A DNA stretch of 64,000 nucleotides from positions 44-64,043 of the forward strand of contig PCUY01000025.1 in NCBI GenBank assembly GCA_002787815.1, read 5' to 3'. The notes under the pieces are model-generated. The model made no database searches. It saw only the letters and a program-made list of their open reading frames with translations, and had not been told where the DNA came from. Each line of letters starts with the position of its first letter. Position 1 is the first letter of the stretch. Origin of the DNA: Bacteroidetes bacterium CG12_big_fil_rev_8_21_14_0_65_60_17 (GTDB lineage: Bacteria; Bacteroidota; Rhodothermia; Rhodothermales; UBA10348). Positions 8,446 to 18,681 of this stretch are shown piece after piece. The position numbers were made by a program, and so were the translations under genes.

Positions 8446-8931
8446 ATGGAATCGTTTGACTATACTCCAGTGCGAACCATTCCCGCCCGCAATGCGTCAC
8501 GTCTCCGGATTGAGGCGGTCGGCCCGGAGCGGTTGGATGTGATCCGTACCATGAATCGGTCCATCTTCAGGGAGGAGCGCATCATCAACACGTTTGAACG
8601 CGACGACCTCGTCATGCTGCTGGCCTGGCATGACGATACGCCGGTTGGTTTCAAGGTGGGGTACCGGGAAAACAGGTTCATATTTTACTCGGCGAAAGGA
8701 GGTGTCATTCCGTCTTTTCGGAGGCAGGGTGTGGCCACGGCGCTTCTGTCGGAGATGGCTGAGTGTGCCACCGGGATGGGTTACCGCCGGTTTGCCTTCG
8801 ACACATTTCCGAATCTGCACCCGGGAATGACGATTATGGCGCTCAAAAGCGGCTTTCGACTCATCAAATCCGACTACAATACCGTGTACAGGGAGTACCG
8901 GCTGCGGTTTGAGATGGCGCTGGATTCCTGA
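8446..8931 (+). CDS. GNAT family N-acetyltransferase
   Basis: Acetyl-CoA binding motif FRRQGVATALLSEM. Length is 161 aa. Confidence 0.8.
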   Translation: MESFDYTPVRTIPARNASRLRIEAVGPERLDVIRTMNRSIFREERIINTFERDDLVMLLAWHDDTPVGFKVGYRENRFIFYSAKGGVIPSFRRQGVATALLSEMAECATGMGYRRFAFDTFPNLHPGMTIMALKSGFRLIKSDYNTVYREYRLRFEMALDS

Positions 8932-8939
8932 CGGCCGGA

Positions 8940-9098
8940 TCAGAACAGGGCGTAGATGAAGGGAGCAAGCGCTGAGCCCTGCGTAAGTACGATCAGCAGG
9001 CTCACGAGTACCAGCACGACGACGATCGGGAGCAACCAATACTTTTTTCGCTCTCGGAGAAAGACCAGAAACTCGAACAGGATGCCCGCTTTGCTCAT
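8940..9098 (-). CDS. Small membrane protein, DUF5989-like
   Basis: MSKAGILFEFLVFLRERKKYWLLPIVVVLVLVSLLIVLTQGSALAPFIYALF matches the pattern I remember (KK-WLLPI...LtqgSa.APFIYtLF). I chose the start at the internal Met; the ORF extends to 9158. Confidence 0.55.
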   Translation of the reverse strand: MSKAGILFEFLVFLRERKKYWLLPIVVVLVLVSLLIVLTQGSALAPFIYALF

Positions 9099-9173
9099 GA
9101 TGATTGCGTGATGGCCAGTGAGAGGTGCAACTACGCCTTTGCCCCTTCGTAGGTTCATTCTACCTGTTCACTG

Positions 9174-10427
9174 ATGAACGCTGTTTCCATGCGACGTTTC
9201 CTGTTCGAGTTTTCGGAGTCGTTTCTGATTGCCATCCGCTCCGTGTTTGGCAATAAAATGCGTGCGGTGCTGACGACGCTGGGAATCGTGATCGGTATCG
9301 TGTCGGTCACGGCCATGGCAACAATCGTGAGCGGAATTGAGCAGGGTTTCGAGCAGGACATTGCGTCCCTGGGTACCGATGTCGTCTACATTGAACGCTG
9401 GCCGTGGGTGAGTGGGCCCGGTTTCAAGTGGTGGGAGTACATAAACCGGCCACGAATTGACCAGGACCTGTCAGACGCCCTCAACCGGAAGGCTCGTCTC
9501 ATTGCGGGGGCGACCGCCGTTGTGAGCACGGGTCGCACGGCCAAGTCTGAACACGAATCCATAGCACGGATCAGTATCCAAGGTACGCAGGCCAACTACC
9601 CACGCGTACAGGAAGTGGATCTGGCGGAAGGTTACTTCTACACGGAGGTCGACGAGTTGGCCGCCCGGAGCGTGGCCGTAATCGGCGCAGGGGTGGCCGA
9701 AAAGCTGTGGCCATTCGGAACGGCTCTTGGCAAGACCATGCAGATCGGCGGAAACAGGTACCGCGTCATAGGCATCCTGAAACGTGAGGGTGAGGGGGCG
9801 GAAGGTGTGTCCGGGAATGATTTCGGTGCGTTCGTTCCCATAACCGCTTTCCAACGCCACTTCGGGACCCGGTGGAGGGACGCCAGTATACGGGCCAGAG
9901 TTGCCCCCGGGGTTGCCCTTGAAGATGCCAAGGACGAGATCAGGGGTATTGTACGCGTGGAACGGCAACTGGAGGCCGGTGAGGCCGACAATTTCGAAAT
10001 CAACGAACAAGCCTCGTTGCGCGAGGCCATTGCACCCATCAAAAATGCCATATTCGGAATTGGAATTGGTCTGACGGCACTGGCTCTTCTTGTGGGAGGA
10101 ATCGGTGTCATGAACATCATGTTCGTGACGGTGAAGGAGCGAACGCGGGAGATAGGAATCCGCAAGGCGGTGGGGGCCCGCCGCATCTCCATCCTGATGC
10201 AGTTTTTGATCGAAGCCATCGTCATCTGCATGGTGGGCGGTATACTCGGCGTAGCATTGTCCATACCGCTTTCCATGGTGATCAGCCTGGTGCTGCCCGC
10301 CGAGCTTGGCGTCGGCATTGTGCTCATTGCCTTCAGCATATGTGTGGGCATCGGGACGATTTTCGGACTCGCCCCGGCCTGGACGGCGGCGCGCTCCATT
10401 CCCATAGAAGCCCTGCGCTATGAGTAG
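9174..10427 (+). CDS. ABC transporter permease, MacB/FtsX family
   Basis: An N-terminal TM helix, a large periplasmic domain, then a C-terminal FtsX-type 3-TM bundle with TVKERTREIGIRKAVGA. Confidence 0.85.
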   Translation: MNAVSMRRFLFEFSESFLIAIRSVFGNKMRAVLTTLGIVIGIVSVTAMATIVSGIEQGFEQDIASLGTDVVYIERWPWVSGPGFKWWEYINRPRIDQDLSDALNRKARLIAGATAVVSTGRTAKSEHESIARISIQGTQANYPRVQEVDLAEGYFYTEVDELAARSVAVIGAGVAEKLWPFGTALGKTMQIGGNRYRVIGILKREGEGAEGVSGNDFGAFVPITAFQRHFGTRWRDASIRARVAPGVALEDAKDEIRGIVRVERQLEAGEADNFEINEQASLREAIAPIKNAIFGIGIGLTALALLVGGIGVMNIMFVTVKERTREIGIRKAVGARRISILMQFLIEAIVICMVGGILGVALSIPLSMVISLVLPAELGVGIVLIAFSICVGIGTIFGLAPAWTAARSIPIEALRYE

Positions 10428-10462
10428 AAACGCATGAACGACACACAGAACGGATCCTGGTC

Positions 10463-11695
10463 ATGATGGCATTCCTTGAAGCAATTCGCATGGCTCTGGG
10501 ATCGCTTCGCGACCACAAATTGCGCTCATCCCTGACACTGTTGGGAATGGTAATCGGTGTATTCGCCATCATTGTGGCGGTGACAGCTGTCGAGGTCATC
10601 GATGTCTATTTCAAGGACCGATTGCAGTTTCTGGGAGCTTCTACATTTACCGTTTCACGCACGCCTTCCATCCAGACCGGCAGCCTGGATGCCAGTGTGC
10701 GGAACAGGCCCAATATTACGTGGGAACAGGTGGAGCGGCTGCAGGAAGCCATGCAGATTCCTGTCAGTCTTTCTCCTCTGGAAGATTTCGATATTGGAAA
10801 AGCCTCCTATGCGGACCGGGAAACGGAGCCCAACACGTTCGTGATGGGCACGAACGAGCACATGCTCGACAATTTCAGCTACGAGTTGGAGCAGGGTCGT
10901 TTTTTTACGGACGAGGATGTACTCTATGCACGTCCTTTGTGCGTTGTCGGCTCGGACATTGCAAAAGTGCTTTTCCCGAACGAGTCACCGCTTGGAAAGG
11001 AGATTCGAATTCCGGGAATGCGATGCCAGGTAGTTGGTGTGCTGAAAGAAAAGGGCAGTTTCCTCGGATTCGCACAGGACAACCGTGTTTTCATTCCAAT
11101 CACGCGAGGTTTCAGTGCGTTTGGCCAGCCACAGCGCAACATTGCGTCTGTGTCCATGCGTGTGCACGACCCGATCATGATCAATGCGGCGAAGGAAGAG
11201 GCTACCGGTCGTCTGAGGGTCATCCGGAAAGTGTCGCCAGGCGAGCCGAACAACTTCGAAATATCGACCAACGACTCCATGCAGGCGGTGTTTGAGGCGT
11301 TCACGGGTACGCTGACCATGGGCGGCGCGGGAATAGGTCTCGTATCGCTTCTTGCTGCAGGAATCGGGATCATGAATATCATGCTCGTCTCCGTAACGGA
11401 GCGCACGCGGGAAATCGGTATCCGCAAGTCAATCGGTGCCCGTCGACGAGACATCCTTCGGCAGTTCCTGATTGAAGCATTTTTCCTTTGTCAAATCGGT
11501 GGATTGATCGGTATTCTGCTGGGCGCACTCGCCGGCAACGGAGTAGCACTGTATTTCGATATCTCTGCTGCCTTTCCCGTCGGGTGGGCTGTCGGTGCTG
11601 TTGTCATGGTGACGGTGATTGCCCTCGTTTTCGGGGGGTATCCGGCATTCAAGGCAGCCCGCCTCAATCCCATAGAATCACTCCGATACGAATAA
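10463..11695 (+). CDS. ABC transporter permease, MacB/FtsX family (paralogue)
   Basis: Same architecture as the preceding gene (VTERTREIGIRKSIGA) and the same C-terminal ending as its neighbour (...LRYE). Confidence 0.85.
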   Translation: MMAFLEAIRMALGSLRDHKLRSSLTLLGMVIGVFAIIVAVTAVEVIDVYFKDRLQFLGASTFTVSRTPSIQTGSLDASVRNRPNITWEQVERLQEAMQIPVSLSPLEDFDIGKASYADRETEPNTFVMGTNEHMLDNFSYELEQGRFFTDEDVLYARPLCVVGSDIAKVLFPNESPLGKEIRIPGMRCQVVGVLKEKGSFLGFAQDNRVFIPITRGFSAFGQPQRNIASVSMRVHDPIMINAAKEEATGRLRVIRKVSPGEPNNFEISTNDSMQAVFEAFTGTLTMGGAGIGLVSLLAAGIGIMNIMLVSVTERTREIGIRKSIGARRRDILRQFLIEAFFLCQIGGLIGILLGALAGNGVALYFDISAAFPVGWAVGAVVMVTVIALVFGGYPAFKAARLNPIESLRYE

Positions 11696-11701
11696 AGCGT
11701 C

Positions 11702-12427
11702 ATGGCAGCCAGCAGGAAGAAAGCTAAACAGGCGGCAGCCGATGCCGTCGTCCACATGGTTGAGGATGGCATGACGGTGGGTCTCGGAACCGGGTCCACA
11801 GCTTCCCTGGCCATTGAAGCCCTCGGCCGACGCATCTCGCGTGAAAACCTGCGAGTCACGGGTGTGCCAACGTCGTTTGCATCGGAGCGCCTGGCCCGGG
11901 AATACGGTATTCGGCTGGGCACACTCGATACGCATGGCAGGATTGACCTGGCGTTTGACGGCGCAGACGAGTGTGATCCCGGTCTGAACCTCATCAAAGG
12001 CAGGGGTGCGGCGCATACGCGGGAAAAAATCGTGGCGTTTTCCGCCGCCCGGTTCATTGTTCTGATCGATGCATCGAAGCGCGTCGATCTGTTGGGAATG
12101 CACATGCCCTTACCCATCGAGGTCGTTCCGATGGCCGTGGCACCGGTCATGGGATGTCTGCGATCACTCGGTGCCCGCCCCGAACTGCGCATGGGCATGA
12201 AAAAAGACGGCCCGGTTGTGACCGACCAGGGGTTATGGGTGATCGATGCGCAGTTTGATGAGGGAATCCCCGATCCGGCCGTAGTGGACCGGACGCTTCT
12301 GGATACGCCGGGCGTACTCGATCACGGACTGTTCCTCGAAATGGCTACCGATGTTCTGGTCGGGCTGGAATCGGGTGACATTGAGCACCTCAGAAGAGAC
12401 GCTGCAGTAATTCGTCGAGCCGACTGA
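11702..12427 (+). CDS. rpiA: Ribose-5-phosphate isomerase A
   Basis: GLGTGSTA, AFDGADE and KGRGAAHTREKIV motifs. Confidence 0.9.
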   Translation: MAASRKKAKQAAADAVVHMVEDGMTVGLGTGSTASLAIEALGRRISRENLRVTGVPTSFASERLAREYGIRLGTLDTHGRIDLAFDGADECDPGLNLIKGRGAAHTREKIVAFSAARFIVLIDASKRVDLLGMHMPLPIEVVPMAVAPVMGCLRSLGARPELRMGMKKDGPVVTDQGLWVIDAQFDEGIPDPAVVDRTLLDTPGVLDHGLFLEMATDVLVGLESGDIEHLRRDAAVIRRAD

Positions 12428-13739
12428 CGGCGTTTTGCGATGTGTGCGTCCCGGCGGGCACCCATATTTCGTCAAATCCGAGTTTTTCTGCTTCTTTCAT
12501 GCGTACGTCCAATTGGGCAATGGAGCGCACTTCACCGCCCAGCCCGACTTCCCCCATGAAAGCACTTCCGGGACTGATGGTGCAATCGTGATGGGAAGAA
12601 GCAATGGCTGCCACAAGTCCCAGGTCAGCGGCGGGATCATTCAGTCTCAGACCACCTGTCACATTGACGAACACATCGTAGTCGGACAGGGGCAGGCCGC
12701 CTCTTTTTTCCAGTACCGCCAGAAGCATCTGCAGGCGGCGTGCATCGAACCCCGTCGTTGTCCGCTGCGGCGTTGAATACGAGGTCGGTGTGACAAGGGC
12801 CTGGATTTCAGCCAGCACGGGCCGGGTTCCTTCGAGCGTACAGATGACGGCAGAGCCGGACGTGTTCCGGGCCCGCTCGGAGAGGAACAGCACACTCGGA
12901 TTGTCTACCGGCGTGAGCCCATTGGACTGCATGTCAAAGACGCCAATCTCGTTTGTCGAGCCGAATCGGTTCTTGATGGCACGCAGGATCCGGAACGTGT
13001 GGTGTCGGTCCCCCTCCAGGTGCAGGACGGTATCGACCATGTGCTCCAGGACGCGCGGGCCAGCTATGGAACCCTGTTTCGTGACGTGGCCTACCACGAA
13101 CGCGCTTGTCCCGGTAGCTTTTGAAAGTTGGATCAATGCGGCCGCCGATTCCCTGACCTGGGAAACGGAGCCGGGTGCGGATTGGATATCGGAGCGGAAG
13201 ATGGTCTGGATGGAGTCCACCACGAGTACATCGGGGGCCTCGTCATGCACACTCGATATAATGGATTCCACATCCGTTTCCGCGAGCAGAAGAAACGAGT
13301 CCGACGATACGCCCAGTCGTTCTGCACGCATCTTGACCTGCGAAGCGGATTCCTCGCCCGTCACATACAGGATTTTCCGGTCCTGCATGAGCGCTCCGAG
13401 TTCGGTCATCAGCGTACTTTTCCCTATTCCGGGAGTGCCGGCGACCAGCACAACGCTGCCTCGCACAATGCCGCCACCGAGGACGCGGTCCAACTCCGGA
13501 TTACCGGTCACAAGCCGCGACTCGCTGCCGCTTTCGATTTCAGAGAGGCGCAGGGCGCGTTGTGCAGGTGCAGCGCTGCCTTTCGTGCGCCCGGCCCGGC
13601 CAAGGCGGTGCTTGCTGGCCGATGGCAGATGCTCTTCGACGAGGGTATTCCACTCCCCACAGCCCGGACACTGGCCGCTCCATTTCGGTGATGGAGAGCC
13701 ACAGACCTGACACACAAATCGGGTATTTTTTCTGGCCAT
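12390..13739 (-). CDS. radA: DNA repair protein RadA
   Basis: Zinc ribbon CQVCGSPSPKWSGQCPGCGEW, Walker A GTPGIGKST, the KNRFG motif, and a Lon-like C-terminal domain. The ORF extends to 13748. Confidence 0.95.
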   Translation of the reverse strand: MARKNTRFVCQVCGSPSPKWSGQCPGCGEWNTLVEEHLPSASKHRLGRAGRTKGSAAPAQRALRLSEIESGSESRLVTGNPELDRVLGGGIVRGSVVLVAGTPGIGKSTLMTELGALMQDRKILYVTGEESASQVKMRAERLGVSSDSFLLLAETDVESIISSVHDEAPDVLVVDSIQTIFRSDIQSAPGSVSQVRESAAALIQLSKATGTSAFVVGHVTKQGSIAGPRVLEHMVDTVLHLEGDRHHTFRILRAIKNRFGSTNEIGVFDMQSNGLTPVDNPSVLFLSERARNTSGSAVICTLEGTRPVLAEIQALVTPTSYSTPQRTTTGFDARRLQMLLAVLEKRGGLPLSDYDVFVNVTGGLRLNDPAADLGLVAAIASSHHDCTISPGSAFMGEVGLGGEVRSIAQLDVRMKEAEKLGFDEIWVPAGTHTSQNAVSRLDELLQRLF

Positions 13740-13844
13740 TCGGATCAATGTTTATGATGCTTACGGAAGGCAACATACAATCAGGGTTCCAAATCCCCGT
13801 GCAGAATTACCGGGCCGGGCACCAAATGCCACAGCTGTCGTACC

Positions 13845-14633
13845 TTGCACCCCGTTCACCATCAGACCCCCATGGCTGTCTTGCATAACACGTTGACCGG
13901 TCCTGTCCAGGCACTGGGTCGCTACAGCCTGCTGATGTTTCATGCATTCGGTGCGCTTCCCGAGTTTTCCAGGTATCGCAAAAACCTCTGGGAGCAAATG
14001 GTGCATATCGGGATTGAGTCCCTGCCCATCGTCATGATGGCAGCGGCTTTTTCCGGGGCCGTGACAACGGTGCAGACGGCGTATCAGCTGGTCACGCCAC
14101 TCATTCCCAAAAGCATCATCGGCTCCATCGTCGCGCCATCGATGATCCTCGAACTCGGTGCGGTTGTGACGGGGTTCATTCTGGCTGGGCGCGTGGGGGC
14201 CCGTATTGCCGCTGAATTGGGGACGATGCGTGTTACGGAGCAGATCGATGCCCTTGAGGCGATGGGACTCAATTCCATCGGCTACCTCATCGTGCCCCGC
14301 GTCATAGCCGGTGTCGTCATGTTTCCGGTCCTGTATGTGGCTGCGAGTTTTGTCGGTATTGCCGGTGGCATGTTGGTTGGGCACTATGGTGGGTTCGTAC
14401 CCATGGGAGAGTTCGTGGATGGTGCGCGCGAATTCTTCCAGCCGTTCGACCCCATATTCGGACTGATCAAATCCCTCGTGTTCGGATTCACGATTACGTC
14501 CATTTCCTGTTTCAAAGGTTATTATACGAGGGGCGGTGCCGAAGGCGTAGGACGAAGTACGACAGAGGCGGCTGTAGCCAGCTGTGTATTTCTTCTTCTT
14601 GCCGATCTGGTCCTGGCGGCAACCCTCCTGTAA
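13845..14633 (+). CDS. mlaE: MlaE-family ABC transporter permease
   Basis: A polytopic membrane protein with a typical MlaE core (TGFILAGRVGARIAAELGTMRVTEQIDALEAMG). Confidence 0.85.
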   Translation: MHPVHHQTPMAVLHNTLTGPVQALGRYSLLMFHAFGALPEFSRYRKNLWEQMVHIGIESLPIVMMAAAFSGAVTTVQTAYQLVTPLIPKSIIGSIVAPSMILELGAVVTGFILAGRVGARIAAELGTMRVTEQIDALEAMGLNSIGYLIVPRVIAGVVMFPVLYVAASFVGIAGGMLVGHYGGFVPMGEFVDGAREFFQPFDPIFGLIKSLVFGFTITSISCFKGYYTRGGAEGVGRSTTEAAVASCVFLLLADLVLAATLL

Positions 14634-14641
14634 TCGACTCC

Positions 14642-15382
14642 ATGATCAACGTAGAAAACATCAACAAGAGCTTCGGCGGCACCCAGGTGCTGCATGACGT
14701 TTCCCTTGATATCAATGAGGGGGAGACGCTGGCCATCATTGGCCGTTCCGGGTCGGGCAAAAGCGTCCTAATGAAGCATCTGATTGGACTGCTCAAGCCC
14801 GATTCAGGTCGCGTGCTCGTGGAGGGTGTTGATATCAACCAGATCACGTACGGCGATCTCCGCGAAGTTCGGCAGCACTTCGGAATCCTGTTTCAGGGGG
14901 GAGCGCTCTTCGATTCCATGAGTGCGTTCGACAACGTGGCGTTTCCACTGCGTACATTCACGAACAAGACCGAGGAGGAAATCCGGGATGAGGTGCTTCA
15001 GTGTCTGGACATGGTTGAACTGGCGTCCGTAGGCTCGAAGATGCCCTCGGAACTCTCGGGTGGTATGCAGAAACGCATTGCCCTGGCCCGCGCCGTATCT
15101 CTGCGCCCGCGTTACGTGCTGTACGATGAACCCACCAGCGGACTCGACCCGGAGACATCAAACACCATTGACGCGTTGATAGAAGGGCTGACGGACAGGC
15201 TCAATATCACGAGCATTGTCGTGACGCACGACATGCATTCCGTACTGAGCATTGCAGACCGTGCCGCTTTCATTTACCAGGGGCGCATGCACTGGACCGG
15301 TACCATCGACGAACTGCATTCCTCACAGGACGCCACGCTGTGTGCGTTCGTGAAGGCAAACGAATACCAGATAGGACACTGA
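14642..15382 (+). CDS. mlaF: MlaF-family ABC transporter ATP-binding protein
   Basis: Walker A GRSGSGKS, signature LSGGMQKR, Walker B VLYDEPTSGLD. Confidence 0.9.
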   Translation: MINVENINKSFGGTQVLHDVSLDINEGETLAIIGRSGSGKSVLMKHLIGLLKPDSGRVLVEGVDINQITYGDLREVRQHFGILFQGGALFDSMSAFDNVAFPLRTFTNKTEEEIRDEVLQCLDMVELASVGSKMPSELSGGMQKRIALARAVSLRPRYVLYDEPTSGLDPETSNTIDALIEGLTDRLNITSIVVTHDMHSVLSIADRAAFIYQGRMHWTGTIDELHSSQDATLCAFVKANEYQIGH

Positions 15383-15386
15383 TACC

Positions 15387-16319
15387 GTGAAATACTCGAA
15401 TGAATTGAAGGTTGGCGGAACGCTGCTTGTTGCGGCACTCATCTTTGTACTCGGCGTGCGGTACTTCGAGGACCTGCCGTTGTTCAAACCCACATACGAC
15501 CTGAATGTGGTTTTCGACAACGCGGGTGGCCTGATTGCCGGTAATGTGGTGCGGGTCAATGGCGTCACTATCGGATCGGTCAGTAACGTGGCCATTTCAG
15601 AGGAGACGGGAAAGGTGGAGGTTGCCTTCCACGTGCGCAACACTATTCCTGTTACGGAGGGAACGTATGCCACGATCGGTGGCTTTGATGCCCTCGGTGT
15701 CGTACGTATGGACCTCGTGCTCGGACCCCCGACGGCGCCACTTATTCCGGAAAATGGATATATCGAAGGGCGTACGGGAGCAGATGTGATCGGGAAAGTA
15801 ACAGCCAGGGCACCTGAGCTTCTCGGACAGGTCGACTCGGTTCTTGTCGGGCTGAATCGCATGCTCCGGACGACGACCGAGTTGGTTGACAACCCGGGTT
15901 CCGACCTGCGTTTGACATTGGCTGCCATGAACGGATCCGTACAGGCTCTCGAGACCATTCTGGTCCAGGAGCGGGATCGTGTTGGGCGCGTCATGAAGCA
16001 CGTGGAATCGCTGACACAGGACATGGATATGGCTGTAGGTGAAGATGGGGAGCGCGTCGCCGCATTGATGGACGGCCTGGATACGACGCTGTCCGAGGTG
16101 GATGCGACGCTGGCCGACGTAAGGACCATGTCTTCCGAACTCACGGTCGTACTGACATCCCTGAACAACGGGGAGGGGACTCTTGGGCTCATGTTGAAAG
16201 ACCCGGGCCTCTACCACCGTATGGACTCCACGCTGGCCAGTTTGAACAGCCTGTTGACGGACTTCCAACAGGACCCTGGACGGTATCTCAAGGAAATGCG
16301 CATCATAGACCTGTTCTGA
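15387..16319 (+). CDS. mlaD: MlaD/MCE-domain protein
   Basis: An N-terminal TM helix plus an MCE fold segment (GLIAGNVVRVNGVTIGSV). It is the third gene of the mlaEFD arrangement. Confidence 0.8.
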   Translation: MKYSNELKVGGTLLVAALIFVLGVRYFEDLPLFKPTYDLNVVFDNAGGLIAGNVVRVNGVTIGSVSNVAISEETGKVEVAFHVRNTIPVTEGTYATIGGFDALGVVRMDLVLGPPTAPLIPENGYIEGRTGADVIGKVTARAPELLGQVDSVLVGLNRMLRTTTELVDNPGSDLRLTLAAMNGSVQALETILVQERDRVGRVMKHVESLTQDMDMAVGEDGERVAALMDGLDTTLSEVDATLADVRTMSSELTVVLTSLNNGEGTLGLMLKDPGLYHRMDSTLASLNSLLTDFQQDPGRYLKEMRIIDLF

Positions 16320-16322
16320 CCC

Positions 16323-16883
16323 ATGCCCACTTACGACGATGCATTGGCCCTTTTCCATGAATGGACGACGTCTGAAAGCCTTCGCAGGCACGCCTACGGC
16401 GTAGAAGCTGCCATGAAGTGGTATGCGCACCACTTCAATGAAGACGAGGAGTTGTGGCGCATGACGGGGCTCCTCCATGACATGGACTATGAGAAACACC
16501 CGACGCCGGAAGAACATCCGTCCGTCGGCGTCTCCGTACTGCGGGAACTCGGATATCCGGAGCCCATGCTCACAGCCATCATGGGGCACGCCGACCATAC
16601 GGGTGTTGCGCGCACCACGTTGCTGGCAAGAACACTGTATGCGGTCGACGAGCTGTCAGGGTTCATCACGGCAGTCGCCTATGTGCGACCAACGGCTCTG
16701 GACGGAATGACACCTCGTTCCGTCCGCAAGAAGCTGAAAGACAAGGCCTTTGCTGCTGCCATCGGACGGGATGACATCCAAAAGGGTGCCGATGACCTCG
16801 GTGTGGAGTTGACCGGGCATATCGCCAATGTTATTGCGGGTATGCAGGCCGATGCAACCCGCCTGGGATTCGGTCCGTCATAG
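16323..16883 (+). CDS. HD-domain phosphohydrolase-like protein
   Basis: HAYGVEA...LLHDMDYEKHP...GHADHTG (HD metal ligands). Length is 186 aa. Confidence 0.7.
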   Translation: MPTYDDALALFHEWTTSESLRRHAYGVEAAMKWYAHHFNEDEELWRMTGLLHDMDYEKHPTPEEHPSVGVSVLRELGYPEPMLTAIMGHADHTGVARTTLLARTLYAVDELSGFITAVAYVRPTALDGMTPRSVRKKLKDKAFAAAIGRDDIQKGADDLGVELTGHIANVIAGMQADATRLGFGPS

Positions 16884-16918
16884 ACCTGTGGTCAACAGCC
16901 TTCGATCGGACCTGGGGT

Positions 16919-18085
16919 GTGTCCGTCATGAGTGAAGATCAAACATCACAGGACCGGGGTCTTTCCGTGGGTGAGGCGCGTGAAGCCACGCGCTCCACGG
17001 CCACCGAACTGCGGCACCTGTTGGCCCGCCATATCCGTCGGCACCTGCCGAGCCGTGTCACGCCACGAAAGAAGGTAGCGGAGCCGCCGCGTCTCATTGG
17101 AGGCCATGCGCGGTTGCTGCCCCTGCTTAAAATCATTCCATGGATGCTGGCCGCACTTTTTGTGTTCAGTTTCACATGGGATTTTCCGGGAGGGGAAATA
17201 TCAGCGCTGGGCATGACGCTTCCGCTTGAGGGCGTACTCCGATTCGTGTCGGTCAGCGGATTGATCGGTTTTCTGACCAATTGGGTGGCTATCACCATGC
17301 TCTTCAACCCGCGCGGCGAGCGTCCCATACTGGGCCAGGGACTCATTCCGGCGCAGCGCGAACGTGTCGTGTACCGTCTGGCAACAGCCGTCTCGGAAGA
17401 ACTCATCAATGAGGAGATCATCAAGCAGAAAATCGAGGAGAACAACATTATTCCCCGATACAGGGCTCTTGCACTCGATGTGACACGTGGCGTCCTGGAA
17501 GATGATGCGTTCCGGGCTGACTTCAAAAAACTGACGGCCTCGTACCTCGAAGCCGTACTGACTTCTCCGGAAGTGCGTACGAGAATCGTACAGTTCGTGA
17601 TAGCCAAAATAGAATCCTGGGCAGGTCAGGGACTCGGTGGGTTTGCACTGAAGGCGTATCGGTTCGTGAACGAGGAAGATTTTACTGGGAGGGTCGAGGA
17701 TGCCATTGCCAGCCTTCCCGATCAGCTGGACATCGTCATGGATGAGATGGACGCGCTACTGGATGTGATACCGGGAAAAATCGAGGCACGGTCCGAGGAC
17801 ATCGAGCATTGGGCTACGAAAGTTGTTCTCGGATTCGTCGAAAACCTGGACGTGTACGACATGGTCATGAGCAACATGATGGCTTATGACGATCGCAGGC
17901 TCGAAGAACTGATCAAGCGGAGCACGAACGAACAGCTGTCGTACATCAAATACCTGGGAGGTATTCTCGGTGCCTGTGGAGGCCTGGTGATCTGGCAACC
18001 ACTGCCGGCATTGATCGTGTTTGCGGTGGTGGGAGCGACTGTCTACGGAGCCGACGTGGTCATTTTCAGGTTGCGTCGGGCTTGA
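16919..18085 (+). CDS. DUF445 family membrane protein
   Basis: [30 protein letters not shown] is a typical DUF445 core. TM helices lie at both ends. Confidence 0.6.
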   Translation: MSVMSEDQTSQDRGLSVGEAREATRSTATELRHLLARHIRRHLPSRVTPRKKVAEPPRLIGGHARLLPLLKIIPWMLAALFVFSFTWDFPGGEISALGMTLPLEGVLRFVSVSGLIGFLTNWVAITMLFNPRGERPILGQGLIPAQRERVVYRLATAVSEELINEEIIKQKIEENNIIPRYRALALDVTRGVLEDDAFRADFKKLTASYLEAVLTSPEVRTRIVQFVIAKIESWAGQGLGGFALKAYRFVNEEDFTGRVEDAIASLPDQLDIVMDEMDALLDVIPGKIEARSEDIEHWATKVVLGFVENLDVYDMVMSNMMAYDDRRLEELIKRSTNEQLSYIKYLGGILGACGGLVIWQPLPALIVFAVVGATVYGADVVIFRLRRA

Positions 18086-18638
18086 AGCATTCCCGACAGC
18101 GTGGTTCGTACGCCTCGACGGCTCCAAGCAACACACGCTCTTCTCCACCCGCAAGCCGCTGGGAGTGGTTGGCCGGTGCCCCACAGACGAGGCAGATGGC
18201 GTGCAGTTTGGTTACGTATTCCGCAACAGCCAACAGGTCGGGCATGGGTCCGAAGGGCTTCCCCTTGAAGTCCTGGTCGAGGCCCGCAACAATTACGCGC
18301 TTTCCACTGCGGGCGAGCTGCTCTACCACCTGCGTCAGGTCCGGATCAAAAAATTGTCCTTCATCGATTCCGATCACATCCGACTCCGTTGCCAGAAGCA
18401 GGATTTCGGATGACGTCGTGACGGCCGTGGACTGCAGTGCCGATTCGTTGTGCGATACCACCTCTTCCCTGGAATACCGGGTATCCATCGCAGGCTGGAA
18501 AATTTCCACCCGCTGACGCGCGAACCGCGCCCGCTTCATCCGCCGGATGAGTTCTTCCGTTTTTCCGCTGAACATGGAACCACAAATGACTTCAATCCAG
18601 CCAGCCCGGCGATTTACAGGAAGGATGTGAGGTTCCAA
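18066..18638 (-). CDS. tdk: Thymidine kinase
   Basis: P-loop [14 protein letters not shown] and a C-terminal zinc motif ([13 protein letters not shown]...CRECF). The start is uncertain. A TTG at 18638 gives a typical ~190-aa protein. The next ATG (18728) would overlap batE. Confidence 0.88.
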   Translation of the reverse strand: MEPHILPVNRRAGWIEVICGSMFSGKTEELIRRMKRARFARQRVEIFQPAMDTRYSREEVVSHNESALQSTAVTTSSEILLLATESDVIGIDEGQFFDPDLTQVVEQLARSGKRVIVAGLDQDFKGKPFGPMPDLLAVAEYVTKLHAICLVCGAPANHSQRLAGGEERVLLGAVEAYEPRCRECFKPDAT

Positions 18639-18681
18639 AACGTCGTGGGAAAATGATTTTCGGGAAGATACTCGCTCAGGC

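Noticed and set aside
15323-16598. Long antisense ORFs (289 aa and 333 aa) opposite mlaD and the HD-domain gene.
   Set aside because: They lie entirely within well-supported sense genes. Their translations are low-complexity (S/T/R/P-rich or R/H/V-rich), which is typical of shadow ORFs in GC-rich coding DNA.
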